This document shows, piece after piece, positions 42,431 through 54,521 of a DNA stretch of 64,000 bases. The stretch lies in assembly GCF_009914755.1 (NCBI RefSeq), contig NC_060938.1, one strand, 5' to 3'. The DNA is from the human T2T-CHM13v2.0 reference genome, Homo sapiens. How positions within the stretch are numbered: position 1 is the first letter of the stretch; every line of letters begins with the position of its first letter. The notes under the pieces are model-generated. The model did not search any database, was not told the DNA's origin, and saw nothing but the letters and a program-made list of their open reading frames with translations. Both the position numbers and the translations under genes were made by a program.

Positions 42431-43357
42431 GTGTCCATCCGAAAACCACCATTAAGAAACTCAGACTGGGAAAAACTCAGACTGGGAGAAAAGACTGATA
42501 ACGCCATCAACTCTTGGCAAGGATGTAACTGGAGAACTAATTCATTCTTGGTGAGAGGGCAAAATATCACAACCACTTTAGAAAATTTTTGGCAGTTTCT
42601 TATATAGTTAAACATTCACCTATCCTTTGACACAGCAATTCCACATCTACATATCTACCCTAGATATTTACCCTAATTTTAGAATTGTTGATTTGCCATT
42701 TCAAAAACAATGATTCTTCCAGAATATTAGCTTTATACCATTCCATATTTTATATATTTTTTAAGCTACCATAATTTATGAAGATTCAAAATGCAACTTA
42801 CCAAGTTTTAAAAGAGAAAAAAAAAGTATGGAAACAGCTAAACGGAAAACAGGCTGGTTAAGTGTGTTTGGGTCAATTTATTTCCAGTATCATTTACAGG
42901 CTACCCTGATATTGTATTTAAAATTTTCATTCGTTTCAGAGTTCACAAAATAATAATTTTTCCTGTGAAGATACTTCGTTTAAGAGACAACTGACTTCTA
43001 CAACTAAAATGTATACATGTTCAAAGAAAATAACTTGTAAAATATATTTGGTTGAATAACATCTACATTAAGCCTTTAAAATTATGTATCAGAATCTCCG
43101 GCTATTAAGCAGTCTAATGGTGCCTACTAAGTCAGAGTTGTAATTCTTCTCTCCTGTGCTGTGTTCTGATAATGAAGTAAAGGCATCAGTAGCATCTACT
43201 GTGCTAAAGAATAAATGGAATTTACAACTGTAGGTAATATTTAAGCACTTTAAGACAAATATGAATACATCATAAATTTCTAACTAGGAAAATATTTTCA
43301 ATGAGATCTCAAGAAATGTTAACTTTTTTCAGAATAAAGCACTGAAAACTGACTCAC

Positions 43358-43427
43358 CAACATATCAAGCTGGGTTTCTTCATCTTCTTCTCTTTTTCTC
43401 TTCTTATCTTTGTTCTTTTTCTTCTTA
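43358..43427 (-). pseudogene. FRG1: FRG1-like exon 2 (NLS exon), 70 bp, 1-bp deletion
   Basis: tgtag|TAAGAAGAAAAAGAAC...CTTGATATGTTG|gtgagt encodes KKKKNKDKKRKREEDEETQLD. GATATGTTG replaces GATATTGTTG, shifting the frame into exon 3. Confidence 0.95.
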
Positions 43428-43624
43428 CTACAGGACATAATGTATATAGATGAGTTTAGGTATATTGATTTGTGTGATAAATAAATATCGTAAGATTGAA
43501 ACTTGGAAGTCTTTTAAGCTGTTTCATTTATAAATTATTGATTTAGGAAGACTTACATTGCTATGCTCTCTTAAATACAGTGCTGAGAATTTGCTTCAGG
43601 CTTTGTACATATTATGTTAAAGTT

Positions 43625-43800
43625 CAAAGCAGATTGTAGAGCCACACTTCAAGATTTTAAATCCTGATTCTGTCACTTCTTAGCTCTGCAATTTTTGGAA
43701 AAGGTACTGAATCTCTCTGTGAGTCAGTTTCCCCACTTAAAAAGTTAGGCTAATAATTTAACTCTTAAGGCTATTGTGAGGATTAAGAGGTAATATGTAT
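43625..43800 (+). mobile_element. MIR remnant
   Basis: TTTAAATCCTGATTCTGTCACTTCTTAGCT...TCTCTGTGAGTCAGTTTCCCCAC...TTGTGAGGATTAA. Confidence 0.75.
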
Positions 43801-43804
43801 CTTC

Positions 43805-44415
43805 ACACATTGCTGGTGGAAATGTAAAATGGTGCAGCATCTACAGGAAACGGTTTGACGTTCCTCAAAAAGTTAAAGAGTTACCACATGACCCAGCAAT
43901 TTTACTCCTAAGTATGTATACCCAAGGGAAATGAAAACATACACCCACAAAAATACTTACATAAGACTATTCACACTAACATTAGTCACAATAGTCAAAA
44001 AGGGGAAACAACCTAAATGTTCATCAACTGATGAATGGATGAACAAAATGTTACATCCATACAATGGACTACTACGCAGCCATAAAAAGGAACAAGTGCT
44101 ACAACAATGATGGACCTCAAGAATGTTATAAGTGAAAGAAGCCAGATACAAAAGGCCACATGTTGCATGATTTCTTAGGAAATATTCAGAATAGGCAATT
44201 TCACATAGATAGCAGACTAGTGGTTGCCAAGGACTAGGAGAGGGGGAGGATGGGATGTGACTGCTTTAATGGGTAGGAAGAGATTTCCTTCTGAGATGAT
44301 GAAAACACTGAGAAACTAGACAGTGGTGAACCTCTTGAATATATACTAAAAACCACTGTACAAAAGGGTGAATTTTATAATTATGAATTACATCGTAATA
44401 ACAAAATAAAAAACC
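43805..44415 (+). mobile_element. L1MB-like 3' end
   Basis: CATTGCTGGTGGAAATGTAAAATGGTGCAGC...AAAGAAGCCAGATACAAAAGGCCACA. Confidence 0.82.
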
Positions 44416-45249
44416 AAGAGCGATTTGAAAAAAGTTAATGTGCAAAGTGCCTACAACTATTTCTTGGCACACTGAAAGTGCTATACAAGCATTAATTATG
44501 ATTATTACGATAATCTTAAGACACTCTTGTCTGCATAATCATCATAAAGTTTTCAGAAGATAACTCACCACTTCTCACAGGAAATTCACAGAGTAAAAAT
44601 CTCACATTCATTCAGGATATACCTGCCACTTATTCTGGCATCTTCATGAGGCCAGACTCCTCGAGAGGGTTCTCAAAGGCAGTGGCTTCAGCTCACTCCT
44701 TGATACTTTCTTTCCATCTCGCCTAAAAATATCAAAACCTCTGTTTATCACGGAGACCAGGAGGAAATGCTCAATATTTGTATGTACAGTCAACCTCGGG
44801 CAAATCTGCCAGTTAAAAAAGAAGCGGGGATATGAGTGCACAGGTATTTTTCTCCTAAAGAGCTAATAAATTACCACTACGACCTCCTCCTCACATTTGG
44901 CTCAATTTATTTACTGCATATATGTTCTTTCATTTAATCCTCACAGTCTTCTAAAGGTATAAAAATGGTCTGAAAGTATAAATGTGTAAACGGAGGTTCA
45001 AAGATATTTGATCTCTTAATGAGTAAATGGAAGTTCAGACATATTAACCAATTTGCCACAAATTACAAAATTAGTAAATGACAGAGTGCAGGTTCCAGCC
45101 CATATCCCTATCAAATCCCATATACACCTCAACCACTGTGTGATTCATCCTGGTTTCACTCTACATATTAGCTTACAAAAAATTAATCAATAACTTTTCC
45201 AGGAAGAGACAATGGAGAAAAGAATAATCCCTAATAAAGGAAGTTATCA

Positions 45250-46150
45250 TCATGAACTACAAGATCAGACTAACGCAGACCCACCAGGCAGAGGCCTGGA
45301 GAGATGCCTCAGGGGACCCAAACTCGTGGATACGGGGCCACGGGTCACCCGCCCGTCTATCCTGTTTCCAGGGTCATCCGCGCGGGAGACTGCCCCTCTC
45401 TGCACAGGCGCCAGGAACCGCGGTCCGGCCTCCATCCAGCCCTGACAGGGGCCAGGGCGAAGCCTGGGATGCCACAAAGCCAGCTCTCTGCGCCACGACT
45501 TCCACCGGATTCGCGAGGGTGGAGTGCGTCCAAAAAGAACTGAGGAGGCTCCCGCCACAGCTGCAGGACCCACCTCTTCGCCTTGGTTCCCTTGAACACG
45601 AGCTTGGTAGACTTCACATGAGTACTCGACTCGCAGAAGTCGGCTCCGGGAGACTTCTGCGCGGAGAGGCTGAAGCCGGCTCAGGACGAGTATGTGACCC
45701 GGAGCAGCACCAGGGCGGGGAGGATCAGAAGTGGAGGCAAAGTAAACACTCCCTGACAGCGTACTTCTGTCCAGAACCTGCCTTTGTCTTGACCCAAACG
45801 CTGAATGGCTGAGATTTCCACTTCCGAGTTTCTGCTGGGGAGCTATGGCGGCCGCAGAGGGCTGAAAGGTGCCTCACGCAGCTGCTCCCTGGCTCCCTCT
45901 CGAGGAGCCCCCAAGGATTCACGCCTCCCTGACGGGAGTAAAGCCCGCCCGAGGCGCCGGTGCTGGCGGTGGCGGGGCTGCCGGTCGCGCTGTGAAACGG
46001 CCTCCCGCTAGAGCTGCGGGCTGGCGACGGTCCCCGCGGGGGCGGGAAGCGACTTAGGCTGCCCTCGTTGGCCTGCGGCGGCGCGGCTGGAAGCGCGGGC
46101 CACTCGTGCGCGGGTCACTCGGGGCTGTGCCTCGTGTGACTGTGTGTGTA
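45250..46150. promoter_or_regulatory. CpG island / FRG1-like promoter, probably bidirectional
   Basis: High GC and CpG density across exon 1. ETS-like (T)CGGAAGTG near 45819-45827 on minus; YY1-like ATGGCGGC at 45845-45852 on plus; GC-rich boxes at 46030-46045. Confidence 0.85.
45574..45832 (-). pseudogene. FRG1: FRG1-like exon 1 (5'UTR plus disrupted start)
   Basis: Minus strand reads ...CCCGGAGCC-GACTTCTGCGAGT-CGAGTACTCATGTGAAGTCTACCAAGCTCGTGTTCAAGGGAACCAAGGCGAAGAG|gtgggt. No ATG at the expected position, and about 2 nt are missing in the Y-S-Y codons. The 5' end is approximate. Confidence 0.92.
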
Positions 46151-46601
46151 GGAAACAAGCAGGAAATACCCTAAAATAGAATGAAGCACCATGTTGAGGG
46201 CCGCGGACGTCATGAGTCCTGTGGGAATGTGGGCTGAGGTGGAGAGTTATGGTGGCGCGTGTTACAGGCTCAGGGGTCAGGAAGAAGGCTAATCGTGGAG
46301 GCGGCATCTGTGGAGGGTCTTGAAGGCTGGGCAGGCTTTTGCCCGATAGAGATGGAGGAAGCTAGTCCTGTCTGATGGAGGAAACAGGGCGGAGGTGTGG
46401 AGGGAGCCATGCAGCGCTGGTGTGAGGAGCCGTGAGCAGGCCAGGCCTGTAAAGCAGAGTGATGGGAACCAGGATAGAGAAGGCAAGTCGGGGTCCTGTT
46501 TTCGCTGAAGAATTTGAATGAAATCAGTAAACAGGTGAGAGGGATCCATCGCAAGAGCATGGGATGAAACGAGGAGTAGTCCACGGTGATTCCTCTGCAG
46601 C

Positions 46602-46673
46602 GGTGGGTATTATTAATCGCGTATGTGACACCAAAACGGTGGATATTATTGATCGCGTATGTGACACCAAAAC
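46602..46673. repeat. 36-bp tandem duplication
   Basis: GGTGG(G/A)TATTATT(A/G)ATCGCGTATGTGACACCAAAAC x2 with 2 mismatches. Confidence 0.93.
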
Positions 46674-47934
46674 CACCCCACTCCACTCAAGCTGTGGCTC
46701 TTTCCCTAAAGTAGAAAACAGAGACCAGTTGGGTTCCAAGCATCCACGAAGATTTTATTAAATTCGTGATCCCTGGTGGTACCATGGAGTCAGGATTGGC
46801 TCATCTCAAACCTGACTCAGAAAGAAAACCATCTCAATGTGGAGAGATGAGCGGCCTTACCCGCTACCATAACGTATTTTCTGGTGTTTTCACAGTGCTG
46901 CACTTCCTAATCCCCATTCCAGGGCAATCCACATGCCATGATGTCCAGAGGCATTAACAAGGGAGACACACAGGGGCTCCTCACGTTTGCTTTCCGCGGT
47001 TTTGATGAAAATCTCACTTTCCTCATCTCATACAATGTGGTTAGTAATCGTATCATTTAGGGTTGAAGAATTAAATGGTATGAATTATATAGGGTGCTTA
47101 TGATAACCCATGGAAAATGCCTAGGATATGTTAGCTATGCTCATCACCAACATCGTTATATGATGGTAATAATCAGATAGGAAGGCCGACACCAAGAAAA
47201 TGGATACATGCTCTGAGGGAATGAATATGGAGAGATCAGAAGGTCAAGAACAAAGCTGTACAACATGTCTGCAGTAAAGGGATAGAGAAAAGAAAGGCTA
47301 TAAAAGAAGGAATGAAACAGAGTTAGAGTAAAATTATAAAATCAAAGCTAAGGAGAATTTCTAGAAAGGGTAATATCATTTAATATCATAGAAGTTTAGG
47401 AGCACAAGATGGAAAAAATGCCGGTGGGTAACTGACATTGAGGCAGTCTTTAGGGAAGCTCCATTTCCAATAGAGAAGTAGACAGAAAGTCAGCTTGAAG
47501 CAGGGACTAGGTGAAGAAGCTGTTGGCTGGTCGCATGGGGAAATAAATAAGGGATGGCATATGCCATATTTCTGTATTTCTTTCTTTCTTGCCCAGCCTC
47601 TATATATGCATAGAGTTTGGCAAAAACTTACAAAAAATAAAAATGAAACCAATTTCATTTGTAGACTCAAATACAATGCTTTGTGTTAGAATCAAGATAA
47701 ATTCATGTCTCTCCCTTCTATTGTCACAGTCAGTTTTGAAATTAAACATCAGCTTTTCTTCCTCATTAAAATCATTTTCAACTCCTCCCAGGTGTTGATG
47801 GTTTGGGGGAGTTACATAAACAGTCAGGTCTTGATGAGTAGAGGAGGAGGGAACAAACACTTTCAGCAAGGGCAGAATTCTGAAATTCTGCTCATATTTT
47901 TCTCCAGTAACTTTCCTATGTTTGTGAGGTTATT

Positions 47935-48130
47935 CAGTCATAAAGATCCTAGTGACATTTTTTTCAAGCTTGACTAATCGTAATCACTGTGGACGTTTGT
48001 TTAAAATGTGTATTCCCAGGCCTCTCACCTGCTGATTCTGATTCAGAAGATCACGGATGGGACTCAGAATACATGTGTTTGACAAGTACCACAAGTGGTT
48101 CTTATGGTCAGGCAAATTTTGGAATCTAAC
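47935..48130. mobile_element. MER5A-like
   Basis: AATCACTGTGGACGTTTGTTTAAAATG...GATTCTGATTCAG...AAGTGGTTCTTATG. Confidence 0.65.
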
Positions 48131-49271
48131 CAGGAATTTATGTTTTTATGACTGGCAGCTAGAAAAGATTCCTAGAGTCTTTGCTTTTTGAAAATAAAAT
48201 ATTCCTTCTTTAAAAGGAAAATTGTATGACTAGATACAACATTTATACGTGTGGCACGTGTACTATATGGTGTGCTTTTGTCATATTTACGTTAAAGATG
48301 TGTAAGAACACTCTGCAAAAATTATATATTAAATGCAAAGAGGGGTAAGTCAGGGTAGGGGAGAAATGGGAAGGGTGTGCTTATTGTTGCTAAAAGGTAT
48401 AAAAGCCAGAATGATAGCCATCTAAGGTTGCAAATAGCACATTGTAAGTTGAGGGAGGTTCATAATCATGTCTGAAACCTTCTTTGATATACTGAGTTGT
48501 TAACAGTGGCTTTGGACAAGATTTGAGGGAGAAACCAACTATGCTTTAAAGTGTTCATTTAAAAGGCTTTAATTAAAGGAAAGTCTTTGTATTTACTTGA
48601 GCTAATTTAACTTCAGGACTTTAACAAATTACTAGCCCTTAACCTCTTAAAAATTGTCTTTCATTTCACATGAAAGTTTAAGATGGCCTTTATGTTGGAT
48701 TGGTATACTTGTGTGAAGACTTAACAGCAAGGTACTGTACATTTCTAAATGTTTACTTCTTAATTTTGCTGGAAGAAATATACTACTCAATTGATTATTT
48801 TTAAAGCAAAGTAAAACAATTTATTTTGACAAGCGACACTGTATTTTCCCAGTTTTCTGGTGGCAAAGATTAGGCTTAACATCACTAATCATGAGAGAAA
48901 TGCAAATCAAAACCAAAACAAGACACTATCCTACACCAGTCAGAATAGCTACTATTAAAAAATCAAAAAACAACAGATCTTGGGACGCTGTGGAGAAAAG
49001 GGAACATTAATACATAGTTGGTGTGAATGTAAATTAGTTCAGCCACTGTTGAAAGCTGTTTGGAAATTTCACAAAGAGTTTAAAATAGAATTACCTTTCA
49101 AGCCAACAATTCCATTACTGGTATATGACCCAAAGAAAGTCAGTTATTCTACCAAAAAGACATATGCACTTGCATGTTCATCGCAGCACTATTCAGAATA
49201 GCAAAGACATGGAGTCAGCCTAGGTGCCCATCAACAGTGGATTGGATCAATAAAATGTGGTACATCCACAC

Positions 49272-49682
49272 AGTATTATTAGGCCATTCTTGCATTGCTA
49301 TGAAGAAATACCTGAGACTGGGTAATTTATAAGGAAAAGAGATTTAATTGGCTCACAGGTCTGCAGGCTGTACAGGAAGCATGGTGACGGCATCTGCATG
49401 GTGCTTGTGGAGTCTCCAGGGAGCTTTTACTCATGATGGAAGGCAAAGAGGGAGTAGGCACATCACATGGCCAGAGCAGGAGCAAGAGAGAATGGGAGTG
49501 GGGTTAAGTACCACACACCCTTACACAACCAGATCTTGAAAGAATTCGCTATCACAAGGACGGTATCAGGCCATGAGAGATCCACCCCCATGACCCAAAC
49601 ACCTCCTACCAGGCCCCACCTCCAACACTGAGGATTACATTTCACCATGAGATTTATAGGGGCCACCTTCCAAACCATTTCA
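49272..49682 (-). mobile_element. MST LTR nested in L1
   Basis: TATTAGGCCATTCTTGCATTGCTATGAAGAAATACCTGAGACTGGGTAATTTAT...CCAAACCATTTCA; CACAC flanks. Confidence 0.9.
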
Positions 49683-49940
49683 CACACCATGGAATACTAT
49701 GCAGCCATAAAAATAACAAAATCATGTCCTTTGAAGCAACATGGATGTAGCTGAAGGCCATTATCCTAAGTAAATTAATGCAGGAATACAAATCGAAATA
49801 CCACATGATCTCACTTATAAGTGGGAGCTAAACATTGGGTACTTATGGACATAAAAATGGAAAGAATAAACATCGGGACTACTAGAGGGGAGAAGGAGGA
49901 AGGCATGGTTTGATGAACTAACTATTGGATACTATGCTCA

Positions 49941-50322
49941 TGTATTAATCTGTTCTCACACTGTTGTATAGAACTACCCGAGACTGGGTAATTTATAAAG
50001 AAAAGAGGTTTAACTGACTCACAGTTCCACAGGCTGTACAGGAAGCATGGCTGGGAGGCTTCAGGAAACTTATAATCATGGCAGAAGGTGAAGGGGGAAG
50101 CAAGGCACGTTCTACCATGGCAGCAGGAGACCAAGTGAGCCAGGGGGGATGTGCCATATGTTTAAACCATCAGATCTCATGAGAACTCACTTACTGTCTA
50201 ACAACAGCAAGGGGAAAATCTGCCCTCATGAGATAATCACCTCCCACCAGGTCATTTCCCCTGCATTGGGAATTACAATTCAACATGAGATTTGGGTGGG
50301 GACACAGAGTCAAAACATACCA
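49941..50322 (-). mobile_element. MSTA/THE1-like LTR nested in L1
   Basis: TGTATTAATCTGTTCTCACACTG...GAGATTTGGGTGGGGACACAGAGTCAAAACATACCA. Confidence 0.9.
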
Positions 50323-51599
50323 AATCAGCATCTGGATGATGGAATCATTCATACCCCAAAACTCAGCATTATGAGATATACCCATGTAACAAACTGGCAC
50401 ATGTACCCCTGAATGTAAAATACAAGTTAAAATTATCTTCAAAATAAATTAACTAATGAATAAATAAATATGATTAAATGAAATTAAAATTTTGAATTAA
50501 AAAAAAATTTGAGAATGATTTCAGCTTGACAGTTATGTAAGTTACGTAAATGGGAACAGTGAGTTCTGTAGGGTTCAGATCAATTGCACTATCTGTACTA
50601 AGTTGATGTCCAGTTGTTTGGATGAAAAGAAAAGAGGAGAAACATATAGATCTAACAGGAAAAAAGTGGACAAGTTTTTATGATAGCAAAAAGAAGAATG
50701 GAGGAAATAGTACTGAGGTTACAGTGATTGATAGATATTAATAGACGACTAAGTCAAAAGCCACCGGTTGCAGAAAATATTGATTAATTTTGTTTTATTC
50801 CAGTCAGACAACAACATCCTATAACCTGCCTCTAGAGAAAACCCTTTTAGCCCTGTAATTATCTTTATTCCAAGCACCATTCCATCCATTAAGTAGTGTA
50901 TAGGGTGATTAATAAGTGAATTATTCACAGAATTAGGACAGAATTTTTTAGTATTTCAGGATATTAATCTATAGTCAATGAACTAAAATAAAATTTGACT
51001 AGAGGTGTGATCACCATGAATGCCATGTTCGTATCTTGTTAGATTTGGCAACCCAAAGTTGACAAATTTATTAATAAAATAAACGTTCCTTGATGATTAA
51101 TTTACATTTAGTAAACATGCTCTTTCCTCTTCCTTCCCTTTCTTATTCATTCATTCATTCATTCCTACAGAGCAGTGACATTCATTCTAAGATTCCCAGA
51201 ATCCTAAGGAATTCTTGAAAGTCATCATAGGGAGCCAGGTGTGAGGATTCCCAAAAGTTGTACTTAATACTTGAAAAATCTCAAAAAGTTATATATTTAC
51301 ACCAGAAAAAGCTATACAGGTTTTAAGTTATATATATATAGTTGAATACTTTTTATTTCCATCCAGAACTAAGTCATTAGAGTTAATAATTTTGATTATT
51401 TCATACTGACCTAGTGGGTATCCTTTATATATCATTGATTACTTATTAGTAAAATAAGAACCCCCCCAAAATTACAAAATAAATATATTTTGTGGGTTTT
51501 TCTTAAGGCTTTTGAAACATAAAATCAGAGGAGAGGATTAAAAGTAATCCTTGATTGTTAAAAAGGCAGGGAACTACTAACTTAGAAAATTGTATGAAA

Positions 51600-51790
51600 A
51601 CAGCAAGATATATACATGGCCCTCAGACCAGCTGCCTGTTTTAATAAAGTTTTGTTGGAGCACATCCATGGATCTATGGTGCTTTCCTGCTACAATGGTA
51701 GAGATGAATGGTTGCTATAGAGACCGTATGGTTTGCAAAGCCTAAAATATTTATCATCTGGTCCTTTATAGCAAAAGTGAACCCAGTTTT
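51600..51790. mobile_element. MER58-like
   Basis: CTGCCTGTTTT-AATAAAGTTTTGTTGGAGCACA...GCAAAGCCTAAAATATTTATCATCTGGTCCTTTA. Confidence 0.8.
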
Positions 51791-52067
51791 AGAACATTCA
51801 CTTCACAAATTAAGATACAGTGGATGCTGCCTTAACTGACTTCCACTTAACTGATTTGCAATCAGCACTTTCTGGTACCCCTGTACAACTTATTGACTGA
51901 TGTCCACTGCAAACTGAAAGCCTTTGAGCTACTTTTAATGCCTGTACATTTCTCCTTCTATCACAGAAATTGTATAGTTTCTAAGAGGAAGCTGTGTTCA
52001 TTCCTAAATATGTATACACCATTTGTTCTTGTTCTTGTAGTTATGTGATTTAATTAGATATTATGTT

Positions 52068-52349
<282 letters not shown>

Positions 52350-54231
52350 TATTATGTAAACTGAGAAAATGAGTATAACAACAGTAGTATTGTTGTTTCT
52401 TGGAGAAATAAACTAAATGTGTTGGAAAAATGAGAAACTGAAACAGCTGCTCTCAGCTTAACTGTTGTTGGCAAGACAACTAGAAACAAATGGGAAAAAT
52501 TGTGTAATCTAGGTTTTCAGATTGCTTTACCCCAGTTGTCTTCACAGAAAGTGAACAAGAAATCAATGACAACATATCATTGGCGTAGTTTCCACAAGAA
52601 ACTCCACTCTGAATCTGTGCAAAGCTTTGACCTTGTCATCAAAATTCTGGCAAATTTATTTACACATATCTTTTAAATTAAAGTTAAGTTTTAAGGAGTT
52701 ACATCTAAAACTTCTTATGATTCCTCCATCTAACTTAAATTTGTGATTAATCTGTTTATTACTGGTCCCAATCTGATTGAATAAGGGGGTTTCTACCCTT
52801 TTTGCTAACCAAAAGTTTACTTTGATGAAGATGGAATTATAAATACAATAATTCAAGTTTAAAGAATTAGAATGGTAATGGTTAATACAATTTAGTATGC
52901 CTAAAAATCATTTGTAAAGCCTACTAACAATGCAAATTCTTGTGCCTTCGGCCTGAGATTTTGATTCAATAGGTCTAGCATGGGGCATAGGAATCTGTAT
53001 TTTTAGGAATGATAAAGGAAAATTGCTTAAAATAGGGTAAATTATAACTGACAAATATAAAATGAACACTTGTCTAAGATTTTTGTTTAACTCATTTATT
53101 TAATTAGGGAGCCAGTAAGATGTTATACTGAGCTTTATGGAAAATTAAAAGAGCCACACATATCTAGTCACTAAGGAACACTGAAATAAATCTGCTTGAT
53201 AGGTTCAAAACTGACTTCTTGATTGAAGGTGGAAACAGGAAAATTAATTATACTTCCACCAAAATCAATCATTTGCCTGTCCATAGTCAAGAATATTTGC
53301 ATTACTATCAGTAATCTACAACTAACAGAATTGCAAATAACAAGGAAAACAAAAGACACAGAGACCCTATAGAAACAGATAACCCAGGTTATTCTAGACA
53401 AGGCTGAGATTTCCATTAAAGACACTCCGTGGTAATTTCGTTGGTCCATCTTAAAATCTTTCCATTTTCTCCTGAAACAAATTGCTCAAGCAATTCAAAT
53501 ACAATGAATGTGGTCAGTGGGTCGCACCTGGAGAAATCATTTTCTAACCTATAATCAAGACTGTTGAATTACTCCCTTCACTGGAAAGAATAAAATATTA
53601 CCTCATAGATTCGTATTATGATAATGGCCCACTATGAATGCTTTGGTGTTCTTAATTTTCTTAAGATTTATTAATATTTCTGAAGTAACTACTGAATGCC
53701 AAGCAATATATTTTCTAATTTAATCTTTCACTGACTTTTACTTTCACTTCAATTGAGCTACTCACTTTCATGGCTATAAACTTAACTTTTCAATAACTTA
53801 AAAATTGATTTCTAATGTTATAAACTTTAATGTTCCACTCTGTGACATGCTCTTTCAGACTCTCTCTTCCTTATTGCCAATTCACCTTCTATTCTATCTC
53901 TTCCAGTGCCCCAGTATCTTGACTCTTCCATTTTCTTTTTTCTTTTCTTTTATTAAGTGGATACATGATAATTTCACATGTTGATGGGGTACAATGTGGT
54001 ATTTTGATACATGACACATTGTTAAAACCTCTCCTCCCTATCTTTCCCAGTCTGGTAACCACTCTTCTACTCTCTATTAGATCAGTGTTTTTAGATTTCA
54101 CATATGAATGAGATCATGTGATATTTGTCTTACCGTGGTTAGCTTATTTCACTTACCACAATGTCCTCTATGATCATTCATGTTGTCACAAGTGACACGA
54201 TTTTATCCTTTTTTATGGCCAAATGTGCATA

Positions 54232-54521
54232 TGATATAGTTTGGATATTTGTCCTGACCCATATCTCATGTTATATTGTAATCCCCACTGTTAGAGGTGG
54301 TACCTGGTAGGGGGTGTTTAGGTCATGGAGGTGGATCCCTCATGACTTGGTGCTATCGTCATGATAGTGAATGAGTTTTCAAGCTTCCTGACTAGTCAAG
54401 CAGATGTTGGCACTATGCTCCCTGTACAGCCCATGGAACCAGGAGCCAATTATGTCTCTTTTCTTTTAAATTATCCAATCTCAGGTGTTTCTTCATAGCA
54501 ATGCAAGAATGGCCAAATACA
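54232..54521 (+). mobile_element. MSTB-like LTR (internally deleted) nested in L1
   Basis: TGATATAGTTTGGATATTTGTCC...GGCCAAATACA with a 5-bp TSD GCATA. Confidence 0.9.

Larger units (their letters stand above)
48875..50480 (+). mobile_element. L1 (L1PB/L1MA-like) 3' end with two nested MaLR LTRs
   Basis: CAACATCACTAATCAT-AGAGAAATGCAAATCAAAACC through ACCCATGTAACAAAC-GCACATGTACCCCTGAA and an A tail. Confidence 0.88.

Noticed and set aside
45212-46686. Several 60-186 aa ORFs over the CpG island
   Set aside because: Expected in stop-poor GC-rich DNA; only the KSTKLVFKGTKAK segment is FRG1-derived.
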